NCBI GenBank assembly: GCA_963514005.1
Contig: OY740805.1
Coordinates: 12,524,001 to 12,588,000 of the forward strand
DNA length: 64,000 nucleotides
Reading direction: 5' to 3'
Source of the DNA: Raja brachyura
Taxonomy: Eukaryota
The position numbers were made by a program, and so were the translations under genes. The first letter of the stretch is position 1. The number at the start of each line of letters is the position of its first letter. Below are positions 26,301-38,300 of the stretch, one piece after another. A model generated the notes under the pieces. That model was not told the DNA's origin and made no database searches. It saw only the letters and a program-made list of their open reading frames with translations.

Positions 26301-29300
26301 TGAAGTTAGAGAAGTCAATGTTCATACCTCTGGGGTGTAAGCTACTCAAGCAAAATATGAAATGCTGTTCCCCCAATTTGCGCTGGGCCTCACTCTGACA
26401 ATGGAGGATGCCCAGGACAGAAAGGTCAGATTGGGAATGGGAGGAGGAGTTAAAGTGCTGAACAACCAAGAGTTTGTAGTTTGTAGTTTGCTTTTCTCCA
26501 GTTTAGTACTTTCCAACAAGGTCCAGCCCTCTCCCTATTCAAAACAATCTTAAAACTTATGAATAGACACAAAATTCTTAGTAACTCGGCAGATCAGGCA
26601 GCATCTTTGGTGAAAGTGTACAGGTGCCGTTTTGTGTTGGGCCTGAAACATCAATTATCCATTTTCACCTGAGGTGCTGCCTGACCCGCTGAGTTACTCC
26701 AGCACTTTGTGTCTAAACAGCATCTGCACTTTCTTTGAGTTCCTCAGGGGTGGGGTGTTGCCTCTCCAGCACAGTTCCTGGCACTGGAGAGGCAACACGC
26801 CACCCCTGAGTCCCATTTACTGCCACTGAAACTCCAGTCTGTCCCCATAACTAATGCATCTCCTATCACCATGGATCTGACTGACTGTTCCCTTCCCTGC
26901 CTCAGAGCCAGGCTTGACACTGCAGACCAGACCACAGCTGCTGCTCACCCCCATACCAGTGGTGGAGAGGAACGGCCTTCTCTGCCTACTTCCTTTCCTG
27001 GTGGTCACCCTGGTTAAGAGATTCATTTTTTTTACTATTCTGGGTTTAATATTGTGGAACTTGGATTTAACAGCAAGTACAAATATTAAATCATGTTCAT
27101 AAGTTCTAGGAGCAGAATTAGGCCATTCGGCCCATCAAGTCTACTTAAGTAATTTAATGACGGCTGATCATTGTTCCCTCTCAACCCCATTCCCCCGCCC
27201 TCTCACCATAACGCCCGACACCTGTACTAATCAAGAATCTGTCCATCTCCACCTTAACATAGAAACATAGAAAATAGGTGCAGGAGTAGGCCATTCGGCC
27301 CTTCGAGCCTGCACCGCCATTCAATGTGATCATGGCTGATCATCCAACTCAGTATCCCGTACCTGCCTTCTCTCCATACCCCCTGATCCCTTTAGCCACA
27401 AGTGCCACATCTAACGCCCTCTTAAATATAGCCAATGAACTGGCCTCAACTACCTTCTGTGGCAGAGAATTCCAGAGACTCACCACTTTAAAAAAGATCA
27501 ATTGACATGGCTCAGCCGATCGTAGCAATGAATTCCACAGATTCACCACCCTGACTAAAAAAAATTCTCCTCATCTCCTTCCTAAAGCAATGTCATTTTA
27601 TTCTGAGGCAATGGCCTCTGGTCCTATAAATCATATTTATATTTGTAATATTACACAGGATCCACGGTGAGGATCCTACACAATAATGCTTAACACTCCT
27701 GCCCTGCAAGGATGTGATCTCGCCCCTTAACAGATTCATTCACGACTGTGGCAAATCTGGTTCCGATTCCACTTACAGGTTTGTGGATGATGCCTCTGTA
27801 GTGGGCCAGATCTCAAGCAATGACAGCATGGAGTAACGGAAGAGATAGAGAGCTTGGGAACATGGTTGCAAGACACCAAACCCTCCCTTGATGTTAGCAC
27901 GGCAGGAGCCAGTTATTGACTTCAGGAACAGGAGTCAAGGGTTACGGGAGAAGGCAGGAAAATGGGATTAGGAGACAGGGATCAGCCATGATTGAATGGC
28001 GGAGTAGACTCGATGGGCTGAATGGCCTAATTCTACTCCTATAACTTGTGTACTTGAGAAGCATTGTGGAGTACATGCCCCTGTCAGCATCAATGGTGCT
28101 GAAGTGGAGATGGTTGAGTTTCAGGATCCTAGACGTAAATATCACCAACAATTTGTCCTGGACCAACCCACAGCCAAGAATGCACACCAGATGCCTCATA
28201 CTACATACTTGCTCAGAAAATTGAGGATTTTTGGCATGTCCACAATGATTCACCGATTCTACAGATGCAGTGTTGGGATACATTACAGCTCGGTACGGCA
28301 ACTGTTGGCCCAAGATTGCAGACAGTTGTGAACACAGCCCAGCCTCCTACACCCACCTCCACCCCTATCAACACCATTTACAATTCATGCTCTCTCGGGA
28401 AAGCAGCCAACAAAATCAAGAAACACTCATACCCAGTTGTTCCCTCTTCTCCCCTCTCCCATCAGACAGAATATATCATAGAAACATAGAAAATAGGTGC
28501 AGGAGGAGGCCATTTGGCCCTACGAGCCCGCACCTCTTTAGACTTTGGTGAATCTGTGGAATTCTTTGCCACAGACGGCTGTGAGGGCCGTCAATGGATA
28601 CTTGTAAGGTAGGGATTGATCAGTGGGTACGGGGAAAAGGTTTGAGAATGGGGTTGAGAGGGAAAGATAGATCAGCCATGATTGAATGGCGGTATAGACT
28701 TGATGGGCTGAATGGCCTAATTCTGCTCCTACAACGTAAGAACAAAAGCTTGCAAGCACGTATCACTCGATTCAGGAACAGCTTCTCCGCTACTGAATGT
28801 CCCTCTCGTAAGCTTAGGATCTTTTATTGTACCTCACTGCAGCACTTGCACTTCAACACCTCCCCCCTCGTCCCCTCTCACCTCCTCTCTCACCCACTCC
28901 CCTCTCCCCGTCACTCCCCCCCCCTTACTGCCCCACCTCTCCACTCTTGCTCCGTCACTCACTCCCACCTCATTTACCCCCCTCCCCTCTGAACCTCATT
29001 TACCCCCCTCCCCTTCTGTCACCCCATCAACTACCCTCCTCGCCTTCCTTTACCCTCCTGCCCCCCTCTACTCAGCCCTCCCCTTCTCCATTCTCTCTTT
29101 ACCCTACTGCCTGCCCAACCCATATTCCTACCCCCTTTCCCCCTCTACCCCCCAACACCCACTCCCCACTTCCGCACCACCTTATTACTCCCCTACACCC
29201 CCTCCTCCACTCAGCTCCCCTCTCCACCCCTACACACTCTCTCTCGCCCCTCTCCCTCCACTACCACTCCCCAAACCAGAGGACTGGGAAAAATTTAGAA

Positions 29301-32300
29301 TTTAACGGAGTACAAAGGGGTTAATTAAAAGGGGAAAATAGAGCATGAAAGAAAGCTAGCGGGGAATATAAAAACTGACTGTAAAAGCGTCTATATATAT
29401 GTAAAAAGGAAAAGATTAGTGATGACAAATGTAGGTCCCTTACAGTCAAAAACAGGTGAATTTTCAAAGAGCAACGAGGAAATGGTAGGCCAGTTAAATA
29501 ATTGCTTTGGTTCTGTCTTCACTAAGGAAGACACAACCAATCTCCCAGAAATACTGGGGGACCGAGAATCTCGTGGGAGGGAGGAACTGAAGTAAATTCA
29601 CATTAGTCAGGAAATGGTTTAGTTTAGTTTAGAGATACAGCACGGAAACAGGCCCTTCGGCCCACCGGGTCCGTGCCGTCCAGCGATCCCTGCACATTAA
29701 CACCATCCTACACACACTAGGGACAATTTTACATTTACCAAGCCAATTTAGAGGTCTTTATTCTTTGGAGCGCAGAAGGTTAAGGGGGGACTTGATTGAG
29801 GTCTTTAAAATGATGAAAGGGATAGACAGAGTTGACGTGGATAAGCTTTTCCCATTGAGGGTAGGGAAGATTCAAACAAGAGGGCATGACATGAGAATTA
29901 AGGGACAGAAGTTTAGGGGTAACATGAGGGGGAACTTCTTTACTCAGAGAGTGGTGGCTGTGTGGAATGAGCTTCCAGCAGAAGTGGTGGAGGCAGGATC
30001 GATTTTAACATTTAAAAGTAAAGTGGATAGGTATATGGACGGGAAGGGAATGGAGGGGTATGGTCTGAGGGCAGGTAGATGGGACTAGGGGAAAATAAAT
30101 GGTCGGCACGGACTGGAAGGGCCTGTTTCCGTGCTGTAATTGTTATATGGTTATACATTTGTTCATTAAACTACAAACCTGTACTTCTTTGGAGTGTTTT
30201 AGGAAACCGAAGATCTCGGAGAAAACCCACGCAGGTCACGGGGAGAACGTACAAACTCCGTACAGACAGCACCCGTAGTCGGGATTGAACCAGGGTCTCC
30301 GACGCTGCATTCGCTGTAGGCAGCAACTCTACCGCTGCACCACCTTGCCTAATGGTCTTAGGTAAATTGTTGGGACTGAAGGCAGGGACTAACGGTTGGC
30401 ACAGCGGTAGAGTTGCTGCCTTACAGCAAATACAGCGTCAGAGACTCGGGTTCAATCCCGACTACGGGTGCTGTCTGTATGGAACTTGTATGTTCTTTCC
30501 CTGACCTGTGTGTTTAATTTTTCGAGATCTTCGATTTCCTCCCACACTCCGAAGACGTTCAGGAGGGAGAGAGAAAATGGGGAATTATTGACCAATTAGC
30601 CTTACATCGGTAGAGGGGAAGATGCTTGAGTTGATTATTAAAGATGTGAAAGCAGGGCACTTGGAATGCAGTGTGAGGGTCGGTCAAAATCAACATGGAT
30701 TTATGAAGGAGAAATCATGCTTGACTAATCTTCTGGAATTTTTTGAGGATGTAAGTAGAATGGATAAGGGAGAGCCAGTGGATGTAGTGTACCTGGACTT
30801 TCAAAAAACATTTGACAAGGTCCCACACAATAGATTAGTGTGCAAATTTAGAGTACATGGTATTGGGGCTAGGGTATTGACATGGATAGAGAACAAGTTG
30901 GCAGACAGGAAGCAAAGAGCTCAAATTAACGGGTCATTTTCAGAATGGCAGGCAGTGACTAGTGGGGTGCCACAAGCCTCAGTGCTGAGACCCCAGTTAT
31001 TTACAATATATATTAACTATTTAGACAAAGGAATTAAATGTAACATCTCCAAGTTTGTGGATGACACAAAGGTGGGTGGCAGTGTGAGCTGCGAGGAGGA
31101 TGCTATGAGGCTGCAGGGTGACTTGGACATCAGTCACTGAAAGTAAGCATGCAGGTACAGCAAGCAGTGAAGACAGCTAATTGCATGTTGGCCTTCATAA
31201 CGAAAGGATTTGAGTGCAGGAGCAAGGAGGTCCTTCTACAGTTGTACAGGGCCCTGGCGAGACCGCACCTGGAGTATTGTGAGCAGATTTTGTCTCCTAA
31301 TTTGAGGAAGGACATTATTGCTTATGAGGGAGTGCAGCGTAGGTTAACGAGGTGCAATCCCATGATGGCGGGACTGACATATTCAGTGGAATTAAGGAGG
31401 ATGAGAGGGCATCTTACAGAAACATATAAAATTGTTAAGGGATTCTTAAGGGATTGCACAGGTTAAATACAAGAAAATTTCCCTGGTGTTGGGGGAGTCC
31501 AGAACCAGGGGTCACAGTTTAAGAATAAAGGGTAAGACAACTCCTACACCAATTTTCTATTTTTCTCTCCCCCCCTCCCTCCACCTCCCCCCTTCACCAT
31601 CTCCCTCCCTCCCCCCACCTACATCCCTCCCTCCCACCTCCCCCTCCTTCCCTCCACCCATCTCTTCCCCTTCCCACACCCTCCTCCCCCTTGATCTCCT
31701 CCTCCCCTCTGCCTACATCTCTTGCTCCCTCCCCCACTTTCTCCCCCTCCCTCCAATCCCTCGCAACCCCCCCTCCAGCACCTCCCCCTCCCCCTCCCAC
31801 TCGTTCCCCTTCCTCCTCCTCCCCAACCATCCCCACCACCCTCCCTTCCTCTCTTCCATCCCCTCCAACTCTCCCCTCCCTTCCCTATCCTTCCCCCTCC
31901 CTCCCCATCCTCCCACATTCCTTCCCCCTTTCCTCTCCCACCCCTCCTCCACCCACCTCCCCATCCACTACTCCTTCATTCGCCATCTCCCTCTCCATCC
32001 ATCCACCTCATCTCCTCCCCCTCTTTCCATTTCCTTGCCTTCCCATCCTCTCCACCTCCCCTCCCTCCCACAGCCCTCTCCTCCCCCACACATCCTCCAT
32101 CCCTCCCCTTCCTATTGTCACCCTCCCTCGCCCCATCTCCCCCTCCCTCCTCCCCCCTCACCCTCCATCTCCCCTTCCCTCCTACTCCACCCTCCCTCTC
32201 CCCTCCCTCCTGCTTCCATCCCCATCTCTCCCTCCACCATCCCCCCTCTATTCCCTCCCCCCATTGTTCTCCCACTCCTCCCTACCCGTCCCCTCCACCC

Positions 32301-35300
32301 TCCCCTATCCTTCCCCTCCATTCCCTACCTCTCCCATCCCCCTCGCCATCATCTGCTTCCTCCCCCCCACCTCCTCTCCCCCACCCACTCCACCTCCCTT
32401 TGTCCCTCCCTGTCTTCCCTCTCACCCCTCTACCTGTACTCCCTCCCCCTCCCTCCCTCTGCCACCTCCGCCCACCCATTCCCTCCCTCCCCAACTACCT
32501 TTTCCCTCCCCATCTCCCCCTCTGCCCACGCTCCCTCCCTCTGTCCACATACGCTCCCACTCGCCACCTTCCTCCCTCACCTCTCTCCTCACCTTCCCTC
32601 TCTACCTCTCCCCTCCCTCCTTCTCCCCACCCTCCCCCTCACAACGTCACCTCCATATCTCCCCCTCAATACCTACCCTCTCCAGCCCTCCATCTGATCC
32701 CCCCTCACTTCCCCCATCCCTCCCTCTCATGCCCACACCTCCCTCCTACACTCCAAGTCAAGTCAAGTCAAACAAACTTTATTGTCATTTAGAAATACAT
32801 TGATATATGCAGTTCCAAACGAAATTTCGTTGCATTTGGCTCCCTGTGCAACACGATAAATTAACAGAAGGATAGACATAGATAAAAAGGATAAAAGGAT
32901 AAATAGACAGTGGTGGCAGCCCATCCCTCTGCCACCTCCCTACCCCTACTCCCTACCCTCCCCCACTCTTTCCCCCTCCCTTGCCCTCCTCCATCCCAGT
33001 ACCTCCATCTCCCCTCCTCGCCCCCTCCCCATCCCCCCTATCTCCTCCCACCCTCACCCCCTCCCTCTCTCCCCCTCCTCCATCCACCCTCCCTTCCTGC
33101 TCCACCCCTCCATCTACTCACCCAGCATGCGTCTCCCATCCCCCCTCTCCCTTGCACCCTCACTTCCCCTGCCCTCCCCCTCCCACCCTCCTCCTCCCTA
33201 TCCTCCATTCCCCCTCCCCTCCCTCCTTCCCCCACCCTCTCTCCGTCCGTACCCCTCCATCTCCTCCCTCCAACTCCACCCCCTCCCACTTCTTCCCCTC
33301 CATCCATCCTCCTCATCCCTCCACCTTCTCTCCCCTTCTTCTCTGCTTATTCCCCCCCTTCCTCTCCCCATCTCGCTCCCTCCTCATCCAGTCCCTCTTC
33401 CACCCCCTGCCTCCCTTTTTGCTCTCCACCTTTCCCCCTCCCTCCCTCTTCCTCTCCCCCACCCTCTACCCCTCTCTCCCCCTCACACCGTTACTCCCTC
33501 CCTCTTTCGCCCCCCTCCTCCCTCCTTCTCCCCCTCCCATTCCCTCCCTTTCCCCTATCCACCCCCTCCCTCCCCCAACACCCTTCCCTCACTCTCCAGC
33601 CCTCCATCTGCTCCCCCTCCCCCCCTCACAATCTCTTCCCACCCTATCCCGCTTCCTCTCCTTCCCTCTCCCCATCAATTCCCTCCCCTTTCCCTCCATC
33701 TACCCCCTTCCTCCCTCCCCCCTCCATTACCCCACACCCTCCCTCTCTCCACATCCTTCCCCTCTCCCATTCTCCCTTCCACTCTCCCTCCCCTTCCCTC
33801 CATCTACCCCCTCCCTCTCTCTCCCTCCCGTTTCGACTCCCTCCCTGCCTATCCCCTCCCTCTCTCCCCTACCTTCCTTTCCTCCCTCTCCCCCATCCCT
33901 CGCCTCTCCTCCCCCATACCCTTCTCCACCTCCCTCCTACCCACCCTCTCCCACTCCATCTCTACCCTCTCCCTCCCTCTCCTCCCCTCCCTCATACCCT
34001 TTTCCACCTCCTCCTTACCCACCCTCACTCCCACTCCATCTCTACCCTCTCTCTCCCTTGCCCCCACACCCACTCTCTCCCCTTCCTCTCCCTCCTCCCC
34101 TCTATCCAACCATCCCCCTCCATCATCCCTTCTCCCACTTCCCCTCCACCCCTCCATCTCCCTCCTCTCCCCCTCCCATCTTCTCCCCTACCTCCCCAAC
34201 CCTCCATCTCTCAGCCCCCCTTCCCTCTCCTCTCCCTCCCTCTCCCCCCTAACCCTCCTCTCCCCATCCATCTCCCCCTCCCTCCACTCCTTCCCTACGC
34301 ACTCTCTCCCTCGTCCCCTTGCACTCTCTCCCCTTCCTCTCCCTCCTCCCTGCATCCCCTCCCCTCTATCCATCCAACCTCCTCCCTCCAACACCCTCTC
34401 CCCCCCTCCCCTGCCCCCTCCCTCTTACCCTTACATCTCCCTCCCTCCTCCCCACCTCCGTCTTCCCCTCACTCTCCTCTTTCACCTAATATCCTCCCCC
34501 TCATCCTCCCTCCCTCTCAACCTTCCCTTCTTCTCCCCCTCCCTCACTCACCCCATCCCTCTCCCTCCAACCCTCCATCTGCTCACCTACCCTACCTCTC
34601 CTCCTCCCTCTCGTTACACTTATTTCCTCCCCCTCCCTCCACATCCTACATTCCCCCTCCCGCTCCATCTACTCCCTCCAACCCCTCCCTTTACGTCCCC
34701 TCAATCCATCCTCCTCCCTCCACCTTCCCTCCCTCTATGCTCTCCTTCCTCCCCCTCTCCCACCCTCTCCCTGCCCCTCCCTGTCCCCCTCGCTCTGCTT
34801 TCCCACTCCCTCCTCCTTCTCCCCGTTTACCACACCCGTCAACCTCCCTTTCCTCTCCATTTCTTCCCCCTCTTCATTCATCCTCCCTCCCTGCGTCATA
34901 CCCTCCCTCTCCCACTTACCCCCTCCAATCCCTTCCCCTCCCGCAAATCCCTACCTTTCCTCTCCACTCTCCAACTGCTACCCTTCCCTACCTCTCTCCC
35001 CCGCCCTATCCCCCTCACTTTACCCACCCTCCTACCCTCCCTCCCTCCCTCTACCCACCCTCCTACCCTCCCTCTACCCCTTCATCTCTCTTGCCCCTCA
35101 CTTCCTACCTCAATTTCCCCTTCCATCCCCTTCTCCTACGCTCCCTCCATCACTCACCCTCTCCTCCCTACCCCTCCCACCCTCTTCCCGCTCCCTCTCC
35201 ATCCACTTCCCTCAAACCCCCTCCCCCACTTCTCTCCCTCCCTCCTTCTCCCTCCCCTTCATCCACTCCCTCCCTAACCTCTCGCTCCCTCGTCCCCCAC

Positions 35301-38300
35301 CCACGCACTCGCCCCTTCCTCTCCCTTCCTGCGTTCCCCCCTCTATCCAACCGCCCCCCTCTCACACCTTCCCCTCCATCCACCCTCCTCCCTCCACCAT
35401 TTTCTCCCTTCTACCTCCCACCCTTTCCCTTCTTCTCTCCCCCTCCCTGCCTCTCTCTCTCTCCCTCCCCCCCACCCTCTCCTCTCTACTGCTTTCCAAC
35501 TTCCTCCCTTCTACCCACCCTCTCCCCTCCCTCTCTATCCCCCTCTCCCACCCGCTTCCCCCTCCCTCCTTCTCCTCTCACTCCCCCTCCATCCCACGTC
35601 TCTCCCTCCCTCACCCCCCTCCACTCTCTCCCTTTCCTCTCCCTCCCTGGTCCCCCTTTCCCCTCCACTTTATCGGACCATCCCACTCTATCTCCTCCCT
35701 CCAACACCCCCTTCTCCCACTTCTTCCCCCCCCACCCTCTCCTCCCTCAATCTCCTTCCCTCACCCAACCTCCCCCCTACCCATCTCCTCCTTCCCTCTC
35801 CCCCTCCCTCCTCATCCCCTACTCTCTTCTCCCTCCCCCTCCTCCCCTACCCACTCTCTCTCCCTCGTCCCTTCTACTCTAACCCCTTCCTCCCCCTCCT
35901 GCAATCCCCCCTATCGGACCATCGCCCTCTATCCCCTCCCTCCAAAAAAACCCTTCTGCCACATCTTCCCCTCCATCCATCCTCCTCCTCCCTCCACCTT
36001 TTCCACCCCTCCCTCCCCCTCGCTTCCCCTCCATCCGTCCCCCCCCCCTCCCTCCACTTCCCCTCCCACACTCTCCCCCTCGCTAATCCTCTCAAAGCCT
36101 CATTCTCTCTCCATCCCTCTGCTACCCCCCTCTTCCCCCTCCCGGTTCCCCCTTCCCCCCTCCCGTCACCCTTTCCCACCCCCTCCCTATTGCTCCATCT
36201 GGTCCCCCACAGTGCCTCTGCCCCCGCTCACCCCGCCCTTACCCTCCTCCCATCCCACCTCTCTCTTTCCCTCCCTCCCCCTTCATCTCCAGCTCCCGTT
36301 TCCCTCCTTCCACTCCCACTGCCTTGCTCCCACCACTCTCCTCCCTCCCTTTCACCCTGTCTCTCCCTCCCTCTACACCTCCCACCCCTTCTCTCCCACC
36401 CCTTCTCCCTCCACCCCCCTCCTTCTCCTCCCTCCCTCCCTCTACACCCTTCCAACTGCACCGCCTCCAATGCCTTCCCCCTCTCCCGACACCTTCCTGC
36501 CTCTTCCACCTCCCTCCCTGTCCCCCCTCCGTCGCTCCCCCGACCCTTTCTCTCTCCCGTCCCTCCCCTCCGTCCACCATCTGCTCCCTATTTCCCCCTC
36601 CCCTTCATTCCCTCCCTCTCACCCCCTGTTTTTGTCACACACAGACCGGCATGAGGATCTCCTGGTCTACGTGGCCCAGGACGGCAGCCCCGACCAGCAG
36701 TTTGACAACATTGTGGATGCCGATGAGGTTTTCTACATGGACTTCGGGCTGAAGAAGGAGGTGGCGCGGATCCCCGAGTTCCAGCACATCTTGATACAGG
36801 GAGGAGAGGCGGCGATCTCGGCTAATATGGTCATCTTAAAACAGAATTTAAATGTTGCCAAGAACCTGTCGCACTGGAGCCCGGAGACCAAAGGTGAGCG
36901 CTGGGGCCGGGTAACCCGGGCTGGCTGGCTGGCACCCACAGGGAGCCGCCCCCCCCCTGACCGACCCGTCCCCCTGTAGCACAATCCCGGATCCCTCGCT
37001 CCCCATCACCGACCCCTCGGCCCCCACACGGGCGGGCGGGCGGGCGGGTCTGCTGTGGAACTAATCCAGCTCCAGCTTCAGGGGCACTAATCCCGGAGGC
37101 CCAGGAGCGGCTGTAGTCCGGATATTATTCCCATTTACAGCGGAAATGAATCTGAGTTTTCACCTCCACTAAACTTCACCTCACGCACAATCGCCGCCTC
37201 GCTCCCGCTCCCGCTCCCGCTCCCGCGGGGAGGGGAGGGGCGGGGCCCGGGCCCTGCTCGCCGTCAGCGCGCGTGCGCCCCGCCCCGCCCCGCCCCTCTC
37301 ACCGGCTCTCTCGGGCAACGCGCCTGCGCCGCGCCCTGCCCTGCCTTGCCCCCCCTGGTTGGAGCCATAATCATTGATTGGAGCCGTTCCACTCACGTGA
37401 GGCGCCACCAACGTGTTAAAGAAGGAACTGCAGATGCTGGAGAATCGAGGGTTACACAAAAAGCTGGAGAAACTCAGCGGGTGCAGCAGCATCTAAGGAG
37501 CGAAGGAGATAGGCGACGTTTCGGGTCGAGACCCTTCTTCAGACTGGTCGGGGGATCAAGGAAACGAGAGATATAAACAGTGATGTGGAGAGATAAAGAA
37601 CAATGAGTGAAAGATATGCAAAAAAGTATCGATGATAAAGGAAGCAGGCCATTGTAAGCTGTTTGTACTGTGAAAATGAGAAGCTAGTGCGACTGGGGTG
37701 GGGGAGAGATAGACAGAGAAGGAATGTCAGGGCCCGAGGGCTGAGGGAGAGGTGGGGAGGGGAGGGGGCAGTCTGGGTTAACAGAATTGAGAAAATTCAA
37801 TGTTTAAGCCCAGAGGGTGCAGACTCCCCAAGCGGAATATGAGGTGCTGTTCCTCCAACTTGCGGTGTTGCTCACTCTGGCCGTGGAGGAGGCCCAGGAC
37901 CGAGAGGTCGGATACGGAATGGGAGGGGGAGTTGAAGTGCTGAGCCACCGGGAGGTCGGGTTGGTTATTGCGGACCGAGCGGAGGTGTTCGGCGAAACGA
38001 TCGCCCAGCCTCCGCTTGGTCTCACCGATATAGATCAGCTGGCATCTGGAGCAACGGATGCAGTAGATGAGGTTGGAGGAGGTGCAGGTGAACCTCTGTC
38101 GGACTTGGAATGACTGCTTGGGTCCCTGAAAGGAGTGGATGGGGGAGGTGAAGGGACAAGTGTAGCATCTCTTGCGGTTGCAAGGGAAAGTGCCCGGGGA
38201 AGGGGTGGAACGGGAGGGAAGGGAAGAATTGACGAGGGAGTTGCGGAGGGAGCGGTCTTTGCGGAAGGCAGACAAGGGGGGAGATGGGAAGATGTGGCGA

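Noticed and set aside
30390-30470. tRNA-like A/B boxes
   Set aside because: These are SINE heads continuing into SINE body sequence; no complete cloverleaf.
31486-36654. Very long Pro/Ser/Leu-rich ORFs (up to 990 aa) and Gly/Arg/Glu-rich antisense ORFs
   Set aside because: Artefacts of C/T low-complexity DNA that lacks stop codons; open in all frames.
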